From assembly GCA_038496445.1 (NCBI GenBank), contig JALMLS010000065.1, positions 427,335-491,334 of the forward strand: DNA of 64,000 bases, written 5' to 3'. The notes under the pieces are model-generated. The model was not told where the DNA came from. It worked only from the letters and a program-made list of their open reading frames with translations, and searched no databases. The number at the start of each line of letters is the position of its first letter. Positions within the stretch are counted from its first letter, which is position 1. The translations under genes and the position numbers were made by a program. Positions 22,706 to 35,838 of this stretch are shown here, piece after piece. This DNA comes from Trichosphaerium sp. ATCC 40318. Its lineage: Eukaryota; Protista; Tubulinea.

Positions 22706-23436
22706 TTACTTATTTTTTGTGCTCAACTGCTTGTGACCGTTCTGTTTTGTAGTATGGTGGTGGTGATGTTTATGTGCGCCTTTGTCATTGTGATGTTTAT
22801 TACCACCTTTTTGACTGTCAGTAATCTTAACACTGTGGTCGATAATCTTGGAGTGTCTTCTCTTTGCTTTGCCCGCCTTGTAATGTACATGCTTCTTAAC
22901 AGTGCCATCGTATTTATAGCAAAGGAATTCGCCTTCCTTTTGATCATGCTTGAAGCCGCCTGTAATATGTACATTGCCATTATCATATAAACTCTTATAC
23001 TTGCCTACTTAAATGTCAAGTTGTGAACAAAAAGCACGAAAATTTCGAAGCACATTCTCAAAAAAAATGAATAAAAACAACAAGTTGTTTACCATGTTTC
23101 AATCCGTTTTTAAAATTACACTGTATATCAAGCACTCCGTTATAATGGTAGCTTCTCCATTGGCCATGCTTTCTAAACTTAGAGTCGAAACGTGTTTGAA
23201 GAGCAAACGAGCTACATATCAGAGGCCACATGATTAATACCTCGTTGTCTAGCTCTGCTATAGCCACTAAAATCTCCGGGGGTAGTTTTTCAAAGCTAGA
23301 ATAGTAGAGTGAGTCAAACTAATTTAAAAACGTCACGTGCGCGTTTAAAACATCGTAAAAACGCAAGGGAAATAAGAAATAAGATTGTATTTACAAGTGT
23401 CACTTACAGTTCGTTTGTTGTTCCTTTAGAGCCCAT
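22706..23436 (-). CDS. F-box + MORN-variant protein with His/Lys-rich tail (3 exons; not captured whole by the ORF track)
   Basis: Spliced product MGSKGTTNELFEKLPPEILVAIAEL...KHGQWRSYHYNG..KHGKYKSLYDNG..KEGEFLCYKYDG...HKHHHHHTTKQNGHKQLSTKNK*; both introns are GT-AG and in frame. Confidence 0.8.
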
Positions 23437-24131
23437 GAGATTTGAGAAAAAGAGCTTCAGGCCACTTTCGTTAAATGGGAAGAACTAAGAAGTGCACGGA
23501 AGTCAGAAACTTAACAAACTAAGTTGGTTGTATTTGGGTTGTTGCAGTGAAGCGTTTTTTAAGTTCAATAAGCGTTGTATAGAACTGAAACCGTTGACAC
23601 ACATGTGGCACGTATAATATTGCAGTACGTCCTGTTGTGTAGTCTGCCATCTGCAGTAAATGAAGTACAAAACCATTACACTTGTAGGTTCTTTCCATGG
23701 CAAGAAAATAACTCTGCAAACAAATATTGATTGTTTTAGTTGCTGTACTGACGCGTAAAAGCACAAAAAAGAAGTGTCTTTCTAATTTCAGAAAAAGCTA
23801 GCTACATACCGAGTAGTTATCTCGAAACGTAATAAAGCATCTCACGCATATAGCATTAACTTGTAACACTGTTTACTACAAACAAACAAAGTTACGAGAA
23901 ATTCGCCGCTTATTGCACAAGTGTACTTGCTACAATAATCACAGTACCTCTCCCTACTACAATTAAAGCGTTAAAATCTGTTGCAATTAGTCCTCCATTC
24001 AAAATAAGTCTCGACTTGAAGCAAATATAGAAACGACGGCCTTGGTCTAACTAGTACACGTAATACGACGGTGATTTTAAAAAAAATATCGTAAGTTGCA
24101 AACAGGTGACTCGCAATACAAAAGACCCAGC

Positions 24132-27100
24132 ATGTCGAAGAAGCCTAGTAAAAAGGCGGAGGACGATGTCCCGGTGGCTACTACTACAAAGCAGCCGAAC
24201 ACAACTCGCCAAAGGAAGAGAAAGAAAAAAAAATCGCAAAGGAAAATGGTGAAAATAAAAGTTGCAAATGAATCACACAACGGGCAAGGGAAAGCAAAAT
24301 CAAGAACAAAAGCTTTAACTGAGCGACAAAAGCTTGAAGCTGAAAAAGAACGCTTTGAAAACGAGCGCCAAGAGTTTGAACGCCAAAAAGCGCTTTTCCA
24401 AAAGCAACAGCTCACTATGAGAGCATCAGATCACAAACTCAACAGAGGACGCAACACTGGGCGAAATGGCTCATTCGAAATGGACCCAACATCCGCTAGT
24501 AATTCTGAGGGTAGTTTTTCCTTTGATATGAGCGAGTCAGAGTCAGAAAGCGATTTATTTGAAGTAACTGATCCGATCTTCGCTAAGCGTATGCGACAAG
24601 CCGCCTTGAGCATCTCCAGAAATGTAAAGGCCAACGTCAAGAAACCAGTAGAACAACCTGCAGTCAAACCACGCGCCATAGCGCCTGCACCATCGGTACG
24701 CTACGAAAAAATAAAAAATAGCTTTTTAACATGCGCTTGTCGCGTTTAATTAAAGTTTAAACATTTGTTTGTGAACTGCTTTTTTTTTTGCTGTCACGTT
24801 CGCTAAGTTTGTGACAAATAAAAATTTCATTGGATAACAAATTTTATTAGATAACATACGTGCCACCTGTGAACCGTGATGAATTTGATGAGGAGTGGGA
24901 GGGCTCTGAAAACTCGTACGTTTAAACAAAAAATTGTTTTTTTTTCATTTCAAAAAAAAGGAGGTGAAACTAACTATTGTGACAGGTTCGTTCTCAAAGT
25001 AACTCAGCAGCCAAAAGAAAAAATTAGGCCACGAGAATGTGTAGCAATGAAGTTGAGTGTCCATAATCAAGAAGGAAAGCAACTGTCAATCCGCAATGCT
25101 GTTCTCTTTAGATATACTGATAACAATGGTGTATTATTCCAAGTCTCTTTGAAAGGCGTAACTGGAGATCAACAAGAAATAACGTATGCACTGTGGGAAT
25201 TTCTTGTTTATTTCAACATGTGGTTGTAAACTTTTATTTTGACACTTTTTTTTAGGCGGTTTTTTCTCCTTGTACGACTTATTGAAGGATCAGAGCAGCT
25301 AAGTGTTGTCGGACGCGATTCAGATCTTAGTGCAGATATAGAACATATCCTAGAACCTCAGGAGTATGTAGCAAGACGTTCAAACTCTCAGTACTATCGC
25401 CCTAAATCAATGGGATTATTTAACTCTCTTGGTGCTATTGTCAAAGACGATGAAATTGCATTTTATCTAAAAATTATGCAACCGTCGAAAACAGACTCAG
25501 GAAATCCATTGCCATATAAATTATTGCTACAAACAGTCAACAACACAGATGCTTCCAAATTTGCCATCTCAAGACCAATCACTGTGAGTGAGGAAGCAGC
25601 CAGGACACATAAACACAAGATGAAAGAGTTTGTAGATTTTTTGAGGACTTTTGGCGTACAAGAAGATGTAGTTCAAGATAGTCTTCGTGGGTATGCTTCA
25701 ATGCCTCAAGGAAAGGTTCAAGAACAGGAGTCCCTAATTATGGACATTTTTACGGTTTTAAATGCATCGGTTACGGACGCTACTAAATTTCAGTTTTTCA
25801 ATGGGTTCACTATGCTACACTACGCTTGTACCCTTGGCTATGAGAAACTCGCAATAGCACTATTGGATGTTATGGATCCTCAAGACACTGCATTGCTCGA
25901 TATGAATACTCGTACAGCTTTGTTCTACGCATGTGAGATTGCGCACATTGGGTATGTTGATTAATGACGTTTATAGCCAGTTGGTGCTTTTGATTAATTT
26001 TTAATTAGTTTGGTACATCTACTATTGAGAAAGGGCGCTTCTCTAAAGAACGTTGATACACGGAAGGAGACTATTATAGATTTTGTCAAAAATGTTGGCA
26101 ATGAGGAGGTGCTGCAGATACTCCAATCTAAATTGCAGTTACATGAAGGTAAGGCTTCAAACAACAATCCTTTTCCTTGTCAGAAAACTAACCTGACCTG
26201 TTCAGGGAAGAAAACCAACCTCCACGATTGTGCAGGCAATGACGACAGAGCTTCGATAACTCGATTATTAGATCAAGGCGCAGATATTAATGAAAAGGTA
26301 TGTTCGTCTATCGAGCACGTCACATAGTTTTTACACTTTCGTTGAAACAGTAAATTGCGCTATCTAGTTTGGGCATGTTGCAGTTTTTTTGCAGTACGCT
26401 ATACAATGGAAAGTTGAAGTATTAATTAAACCTAATCGTCAACTTTCCACTGTTCCATGCGGTGATCACGTGTTGTTTCAAAAGGAACTTCGCTGACCTT
26501 AGTTTTTCTCGACTAAAATATGCTCGATGCCTTCAAAAGCTAAGCTGGAGATGCGCAAATCCAAACAAGAGCTCGGAGACACTGTAAATATTTTATAGTC
26601 CTTCTCTACGATTTTTTTTTTCAACCTGAAGCGGTTTTTTTTTGGAATTTGAACTAGCGCTTTACTATAGTATTAGTTAAATCCAAACAACGCAAATTAC
26701 CATTTTTTTTCATCTCGTTTTACTCGCATGAATCTCTTTCTTACTCCATTAGAACAAGGATGGTGCTACACCTCTACACATTGCTAGCTCGCAGAAAAAT
26801 ATAAAGACGCTACAACACTTACTCAAGAATGGTGCAGATGTTGATGCGGTTGATGAAGATGGATCGACTCCACTTCACCAAGCGGTACGTGAACTTTCAA
26901 CAATCAAACCAATAAAAAAACAAAAAAAAGAATCCATGAACAATTATTTTGAAAAGTTGTGCATACACATCTAGTTTGTAAAAATTTTGATTGCCAAGTG
27001 ATACGCAAACGTAAAAAAATTGTATTTTTAAACTAAATTGGTATTAGGTAGCTGCGCGCTCATTAGAATGCGTCGAGGCACTATTGAAGGCTGGCGCAGA

Positions 27101-30100
27101 TAAAAATAAGAGAGTAAGCACAAACTTTTATTCTTTTTTTTTTTGTTTTTTGGCGTGTTTAACGAATACTGTAGGATCATACTAAAGCGACAGCATTGAA
27201 TGTTGCTTGCTATCACAACTTTGTAGACATAGCAGAAGTTTTATTGAAGCGCGATGCTGATAAAGAGATTGCTAACGAACGCGATTTTACCCCACTTCAT
27301 CACGCTTGCGCCTATGGTTACCCTGAACTTACAACATTGTTGATAAACTATGGTACGCGATGTGGTGTTAAAAGCATTTTTCTAATCGATTTTTTTTCAT
27401 TAAATCTTTGAGCTGTTATTGGGTTACTCACTCGTTTTTAGGCGCTAATGTACATCACACAACGAAGGATCAATCTACGCCACTACATCAAGTACGTTGG
27501 AAGCAAGATAACACTGACCGCCAGACATTTATTTGAAGCGGAAAATTAATTGTTTAAAACTAGGCTGCATTTAATGGCCACTTGAAAATTATGCAGGTTT
27601 TGGTAAAGGCAGGTGCAAAGGTTAACTCTGGTGCGTGAGAAAAAAAAATACAAAAAAAAATCTCGCTTACCAATAATATATCAGGAAACTCAAAGCCACT
27701 ACACTTGGCAGCTTTCAACGGTCACACTAAATGCGCTGAATTACTTTTAAAGCACAATGCGTTACCAGGTTGTACTGATGAAGAACTCTCAACTCCCTTA
27801 CATAAAGCAGCTTATAATGGTCACGTAGAAAGTACGTCATCAGCGAAAGCAAACCCATACGACGCCTAACATTTTTTGTAGCTCTGAAAGTGCTTGCTGA
27901 GGGTGGCGCTAATGTTAATCAAGTACGTCTTCAACTTACTTGAGCTGGTTATTTTGTCTACGTCTAGTAAAGCGCTAACAATTCGCAAAGGTTGATGCAG
28001 AAGGAGCCTCAGCTTTGCACAAAGCTGCTTTTTCAGGACACACAGACTGTGTCACTTTTCTCGTCCAACAAGGATCTCCTGTGGATCTCGTTGATAATTT
28101 TGACGGCACAGCCCTTCACAACGCTGCGTTTAAAGGTATGTTGTAATTTCTGGTGTTACCACACAGAAGAAGCGCTTTTCCAAATACTAACGTTTCTTTA
28201 AGGCCATACGGACGCAGCTAGAGCATTGCTAGAGCACGGCGCTGATATAAACAAGCAAGATGATCAAAAGTCTACAGCCCTTCATTTATCAATGCTAAGT
28301 GGCTCAACCGTACGTCTTGTGGTTATTTGTATTCTTTTGTAGCTCTTTTAAAACAGAACCCGAAAGTTGAAAACTTTTTTGATTTGTAAAAGTGGCAAGA
28401 GTTTTTTTTGATTTATTTTAATGGCCAAAACTGCCGTGTACATTGATAGTTTTGAACAGCGTTCCCGCTATTATGTATATCTAACAAAATTTAGCCTTTG
28501 GTAAAACTCCTAGTTGAGGCAGGTGCTAATACAGAAGCTGAAGATGACGAAGGCCTCCGACCGTTGGTTTTATCTGTTCCGTTCGTAGAGTGCACCAAGA
28601 TTCTTCTTGAAGCTGGTGTGAAGATTGACGCCCAAGACCCCACTGGAAGGTACACCATAACCTATATATCTAAAAGGGAGTGTTCGTTTGTGAGTTAGTT
28701 ACTGCGTTACGCTTTTTACCATTTTGTGTCTGCACGTAGCAATATCTTTTTGTCTATGTATATTATATGCTGAGAGTCAAAACGGGGCGCTTCACCAAGA
28801 TTTTTTTGCGTTCACGTACTCCGTGGTCTTTGAGGTTGCGTTCAAATTTTTAATTTGTAGGAAGCAGCAAACAGGGCGTTATAAGGGTTGATAGTGTGAT
28901 GATTAAGCACGTGCACAATTCAATAACACCCATAAATTACATTGTTTTTAATTGCCCAAAACTTTGTGAAGCCGTTTACGCACCTTATGAGCGAATCGGA
29001 CACTGCATCTCTAGAGTCGATGCCAGTGGCTTGTTTGGCGGTCTTTTTGCCAGACTTTGATTATTTGCTGGGAAACGACCATGCACTGTCCTCACGTTCT
29101 TCCTCTTTGTCATATACTACGCTTGCTGAATCCTCACTGTCGCAGGATGAAGGGTACGGTTTTTTTTTGCTTTTTTTTTTTTTTCAGATATTCAACGCAC
29201 TTGGCTACTACGCGCGCCCGGGGTTGTTATAAAACCAATCAATGGTTAATCTGGCTTTTTTGACAAAAATTAAAGTAGTTATAAAATAGCACGTGCTTTT
29301 ATATAAAAAATGCCATATCGTGCATGTTCGTTGACTCTCGCAGCTGTTAGCGCTATTGAAATTCAAATATTATAAATTATACGCGCTAGCCTCACAAACG
29401 AACACATAATACCCTAACATAGCTATGAATACCTTTCTTAGTGATTAACACTCTATTTTTTTTGTAGAACGGCAGTTTTTCACGCAATTGAAAAAGACCA
29501 GATTGCGTCTGCCAAAGTTCTTATCAATAAAGGTGCTAATGTAAACATCAAAACAAACGACGGTACGCGATTACGGATTCCATTTACTGCAAAAGTTGCC
29601 CATGTAACCCATTCAAAAATCTTCATCTTAAAAATTTATTTTAACCTTTGTTCATATGTGAGGAGTTTCTCCTGTGCATTTATCATCATTTTTGGCCTTA
29701 TAAGTTTCTTTTTTCTCCAAGATTGTGAATTGGCGTCCTTACCGTTAGCGTAGGCACTGCGCTCATGGATATTGTCCCTGATAAGTATAAGACTACAATG
29801 ACGGATGCTATAAAGGAGAGGAGACAGACTAGCGCACAAGAACTTTATCCAGCAGCGATTAAAAAGTTTAACGCAAAGTATAAATTGGGATTAACTTATA
29901 TGATACAAGAGGGTATTATTGAGGATAATCCAGATGATATAAGTCGCTTCCTTCACAAGAAAAATGCAGAATTATCAAAAACGCAAGTAGGCGACTTGCT
30001 TGGTAGCGAAAAACCTGTACGTCTATTGAACTAGCACACGAGATAGAAAATTCTACAGCTTTTTTCTTGGTTGGCTGAGCTTCAAAAAGGAAAAAAAAAA

Positions 30101-32519
30101 AAAATAGTTTCGTTAGCGATTTTTAAATTATTTCTTTCCTTTTTCTGTTTGGTACTCAAGTTGGTCTCCTTTTTATTATTTTAGTTGTGTAGGTATATTA
30201 ATATTATTGCTGACTTACCTTGTGTTTAGAAACATATTAAAATATTGGATGCGTTCGTAAATAGAATGAATTTTGAAGGCATGTCCTTTGATATTGCTAT
30301 TCGATCGTTTTTGCAGTCTTTTATGCTTCCAGGAGAAGCACAAAAAATAGACAGGTACGTTGCCTTGAAAGGAAAAAAAAAAAAAAGAACTATCGGAACG
30401 TTTCACGTGGTTACTCACGTGCTTTTTAGAATTATGGAACGGTTTGCTATGCGTTATGTTAAGAATAATCCTGATACTTTTCCTGATTCTGATACTGCTT
30501 TTATTCTCGCGTTTTCAGTTGTACGTTGTTGTGGTTCAAGTTTCGGCTTTTTTTCGTTCTCTTGCGCTTGGTTGGTATCTAAATATTTTTCTAGATTATG
30601 CTTAATACTGATGCTCATCACCCAAGTATTCCTAAGAAAATGTCAAAGCCTGAATGGATTCAGAATAACAGAAAGATTTGGGGTCCTGATAAGACTGACC
30701 CTCCTAAAGAGCTCTTAGAGGAGCTCTATGATCATATCGTTACAGAAGAGATCAAGTTTGAGAAGGAGAATGAGGTATTTAGTAATCCTGAAAAGAAGGG
30801 TTTCCTCAAGAAGCGAACGGGTACGATATTGACTTATGAAATAATTCAGTATAATCTTTTTAATACTTTTCTTCTGTTGATGCTGATACGTTTTCTTAGG
30901 TGGTTCCAGAGGGTGGAAGACACGTTGGTTTGTGCTTAAAGATAACTTGCTTTATTGGTTCAAAAATCCAGTCAAGAGCGGAGACGATACTCCAGGTGGT
31001 ATCATTCCTTTGGAAGAAATCAAATTTATTGTGCGTTTCATTTTTTTTTTGCTATTCCAGTTTGTATTTACTAAAGGTTCTCTCAGTCGCCTCCAAACAA
31101 AAAGAATTTTTCCATGGTGTCACTGGTTGATGGTGGACTCCTCAAATGCTGCAAACTTGAACGCGGCAAGGTGTTATCTGGTATGTTTAGAGGGGTTTTT
31201 TTTGATGAATAGAATGAAATTATCAAAAGATGTGAGACTGGTTACTGATGCTCTTTTGTAGGTCAATACAGAGAAATACAGTTTATGGCTGATACTACTG
31301 AATTAAGAGATCAATGGGTGAGCGCCTTGAAGGCTTCATTGGTGCAAAATCCATTCTTCGACAGATTACAAAAACTCCGAGCGCGAGCAGACAAATCGGA
31401 CGTTGTTAAACCTACCGGGACGTCTTCTGCCACGAATTGGAAGGAATACTATGAAATGGCTACCCTTTGCGCTGCTGCATACAAAACAGCAGATCAAATC
31501 AACCAGGTACGCATGAACAACAAATTGAAGCAGACTACAGCAAAAAATCGTTTTTTTTTTTGATCTCCTCAGTAATTTCTGTTATGGAACTTCCTTTTTT
31601 GTTCACACTTGTTTTTAGGCGTACGGCAAGCGTGTAAGCCATGTGGCTTCTGCTAAACTTGTTAAATACTTTATTCTCACCGATAGGTACCTTCATAATT
31701 TTTTTTCAATTTTGTACTGGACTAGTCGCTAATAGTGCCCTATAGAAGTGCAAAATCTCATACTGTGGTATTGGGCGGAAATCTGTGGGATGATAACGCA
31801 ATGAAGAAAAATTTAACAGCGACGAAGAAGTCTTCGCTTCATGCTGCGTTTAAGAGCCATTACAAGGTCGATAAGATCTTGGGTGAACTCGTTCACACTA
31901 TATCAAAGTATCTTGAGACTGATTACTCGCTTAAAATCACAGGTATGTAATTTTGTAACGTTACAGTTTGATGTAACCGCAAAACCGAAAAAGAAACATT
32001 ATGTTTTTCTCGATTATTTTTCTTTAACAAAAGTCGTTTTGTGTTAGCCATCCCGTACTAATATTTACTTCTATAGGGCACTCTTTGGGCGCTGTATTCG
32101 CTGTATTCTTAGGTATCGCATTTGCATCTAAGAAACAGAAACCTACACAAATAGTAACGTTTGGACAACCTATGATCATTTCAGATAAGGAAGCAGATCA
32201 AGTGGCACCATTAGGCGTTGTACGCATAATGGACGTTAATGACCCTACTGCTCTATTGTTCAAATCATTTAAACACGTTGGCATTGAGATTACGCTATTA
32301 AAGGGCAACTATTATTGCCTGGAGACAAAGACGTTGACATCTGAAGATCCGGAAGATTTTACAACAACACCAATTTTTGCAAGAAAAGCAAAGACCAAAA
32401 GACGCGATATTTCGGAACAACTTGAGAGCCATCTAGTAGAGAATTATGCAAGGAAGATCAAGCAAAAGTACAAGGGAGTCATGGTGCTGCCAAAGGATAA
32501 GTCACAATACTTGAGGTAG
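24132..32519 (+). CDS. Ankyrin-repeat / Sec7 / PH Arf-GEF (SecG/cytohesin-like) fused to a C-terminal class-3 lipase domain
   Basis: Many ankyrin exons (TPLH..A); Sec7 [18 protein letters not shown] and MLNTDAH; [25 protein letters not shown]; then CAAAY, ITGHSLG, TFGQP, NDP, SHLVENY. Confidence 0.92.
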
Positions 32520-33982
32520 TTGAGGTGTCTCTTTTTTTTTGATTCTTTTTTTTTTGTTGTTGTTTGAAATCAAACACGTGGAAAAAAAAAAATTAAGTAA
32601 GAAGGATATCTGATAACAACATAACAATAACCTCCTTTTTGGACATTACCCTGGCAAGTCATCGAGATGAAAAACGTGTATTATTTATTGTAAGATTATT
32701 TTGTAAACTAAATAGCCAACTTGTATTGAATCTCTTGGTTTTTTTTTGTAAAGTCGGTTAATTTAGTATGTTAGTCGGGTATTTGATTCTTTTATTTTAT
32801 TTGAAGAAATGTGAGTGTGCTGCAGAACCTAGGACACCCGGAAGAACTTAGAAAAATATAAAATGGTGTAGTTTGAGATGCAAATTGCTAAAGGGGTGTC
32901 CATTGAGCCAAAAGTAATTGTACACAATACCGTGTTGTCGCTGAGAATTTAGCTTTATTTGCTCGTAAACACTCACCGTGTAGTAGTTGTGACAGATTTT
33001 TATGTCCACCAAATCAAACAAGTTGGCTCAAAAAGTTGTTGGCGTGTAGCATCAACAAGAAATACATTTCGTTTTTATATTTGTGTTGGGCGCTACTGCG
33101 AAACGCTGGTGGAGACATACATAAACAAACAACAAACGTAGCTCGTACATATCCTGATATTTTGTTCTTGTACAAGCTTGTATGGTAATAAGCTTTGTAG
33201 TATTTTGTAAGGAAAAGAGGTGCTGAGATTTAAAACACTATTTGCGTTTGTGTGCTACAGAGTTAACTGAGAAATTTCCACATTTTTGCAGCGGAAGAAT
33301 AAAAATCACGCGTGTAGCTATGAACTTAGGGAGGCGCTAAAGAAATGAGCTCTCGTACGTAGTAACGGAGTTTAGTACACATCGCACAGTTCCTCAAGTC
33401 TTACAATCTCTACCTCAACGCTATCCTCACACATTGGCAATCACGATCCTGAGCGTTAAACTTCAAAACTAAATGGAGAATCGTTAGCGAATCTCAGATC
33501 CTGTGCTTTTACTATTGCCACGGCTACTTACCAGTTCATCTGCGCGAGTTTTGGCGTTGTGATACCTTCTATTTTAACTACACGTAGATTGTGAATGGTT
33601 TTGTACAAAGAAATACAAGGGAACCATACCCGCCTGTAAGCAAACATGCTTTTACGTCACTATTTAGGCAAGATGTCTATTTTCATCTACAACCATTTTG
33701 TGGTCTACGAGTTTTCGGGTCTGTTGGTTTGAAAGAGCAACCGGAGGCACGAGGTATTGTTTAAAAGTACAAGGGTTGTTTTATTTTATTTTATAGGTGA
33801 TTATACAAGGTATGATAGATCCGGTTTTATGCACAGTAGGAGTACGCTTCGCCTAGGAAAAAAGTAAAAACGTGTTTTTGAAGAGATTGACGGTTTTTTT
33901 TTAATTCGTGTATCAAAATGTTAGGGACACGTACGTAGTTGTATTCCCGGGCTACTTAGGTTTGAGTAGCGCAAGTGCCTTG

Positions 33983-34406
33983 TTACTTTTTGTTTCTTAA
34001 AAATTGTTTCGGTTCTGATCTCGTTGTTAACGATACCATCTTCTTCGGTTTTTGTTGGTTTAGTCATGTCGTATAGCCATTTACCGTCCTCTATAAATTT
34101 GTACTGGTATACACAAGGAAGTTGTAGTTTAAGAACGAGCTCAAAACCTCCAACTGTCTAAACAAATGCGTCAGGAAATTGACAAAAACAACTCAGTGTA
34201 TGTATTACTGTGTTTTTCTTATAGCTGCTACGCACCCTCTTCATTATCCGTTTGCTTTGCCAGTTATCCCATGAGCCAGCAAGAAAAACGTTACCAGCGT
34301 ATTGGTTGTGCCAAGTAAATTTGACTGTTATGTTTGAATTCAAGTCTTCGTATGTTGTGCTTGATAGGGGTTGCCAAGAGAAGTCAATTTGCGATGCAGA
34401 GTTCAT
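33983..34406 (-). CDS. CBM48 / AMPK-beta-type glycogen-binding domain protein (may extend through further exons to ~33370)
   Basis: VKFTW..GNVFLAGSWDNWQ | ..YQYKFIEDGKWLYD..DGIVNNEI. Confidence 0.8.
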
Positions 34407-35838
34407 TCTGTTTATGTCTATTAGTCCGGAAGGTGCGAAAAGGAAAACTTAAAAACTTTATCTTTTTTTTTTCTTTGAGCCCTCGGTTAAATTTTATAAC
34501 CACTTGAGGATAATATTTGAAGCTATACTACCCTCCGTGCGAAAGGGTTCGGTTTAAAAAAAATGCAAAATGGTATTATCAAACTGTTTTGTTTTCGTGG
34601 TTGTAACGTACTTTGTTATTACTATGTTTTAATCAATATTTCACTACTTTATTTAATTATAAACGTCTTCGTCACGTTGCGTTGTTGGTTAGTGTTTTTT
34701 GGTATTGGATTGTGATCGCGCTTTGTGTGATTCTAAGGAATATTAAGACTTAACAGCGTATTGTTCTTCGCTTTAGGTTACCCCGTCGGTTAACGTACGT
34801 GCATATGAGGCGATTCTGCACATTAAAAAACGCGTGTTCTTAACGTGAAGTTTTTGAGGAACACTTGGAATGACACTTATTTCTTAGCGGTCACAATCCC
34901 TTCGAAATGGTTGTAGCTGTCATAATTTTGATTTTTCAATATTCTGCAGCGAGAAGCGTGTACGCCATTTGGTCTAACTGTTCCCTCGTTTAGAACGTCG
35001 CTACCAATGCGATAATTTTTCGTCTATGGTTGTAGCCCGCTCCGGCGGTCATGGCGTCATTGTATTATCCATAAATGATTTTAGCTATTGGAACAGTTGT
35101 CGTACAGTTACGAAAAGAGTTCGTTACTTCCAGTTCCCACAGATAATACAGTAGTACTGTGAGTGCTTAGCGCTACAGGATAGCGTGATGTGTGGCCGTC
35201 AAAGTATTTCTACAATTCTCCAAGATTGTTGCGGTGGTTTGGTATTTGCCAAAAAAATGCGAATTGAGTTTATTTAGCATCTGTCAAGAAGCTGCTTAAT
35301 ACACGCGACACAGGTTACTGTAGTAAGTAGACTTGTTGGATGAAATTGTGGGCATGAAACACTACGAGCACGTCAAATATTCTTTGATGTGTTCAACTTG
35401 TCTTATGCTGTGATGTACACTGAAACTCAAGAAGGAAAGAGAACCTCTCATCAGTTAGGTTTAGACTAGTCTGCTGTCGGAGTGTGATCGCATCGGAACA
35501 AAAACAATCACCTTCCGCAATATTTTTTCATCACGTGATTTTCGTGTTGAGTGTGGACCTGTCAAAAAAAAGTTCTAGTTTGACTCTAACAACATACCAA
35601 GTATACTAGGTTTTCAGGTAATTCAATTTCCTGCTATGAAACACAAGGGTGATAGAAATTTCGCTTTTTTTTCAGCGGGCACTTATTTGTACATAGTATC
35701 ATCGTATGCTAAACTTTGTAACAATAGTTGCTTGAGTCTGGGAGGCCATATAGTAGTTGTTTGGAAGATACCTTACCGGGCAAATGATACCACGGTTTTG
35801 TTTTTCGACTTTATCCATGTACCATATTTTTACCACAC

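Noticed and set aside
22733-22990. Hydrophobic 85-aa + strand ORF
   Set aside because: It is the antisense shadow of the His/Lys-rich last exon of the minus-strand F-box/MORN gene.
23503-23766. A fourth MORN-variant remnant
   Set aside because: Only a few scattered residues resemble the repeat; not distinguishable from chance by eye.
35335-35430. Box C/D snoRNA (GGATGA...CTGA with short terminal stem)
   Set aside because: Box C is imperfect and I found no antisense match to conserved rRNA.
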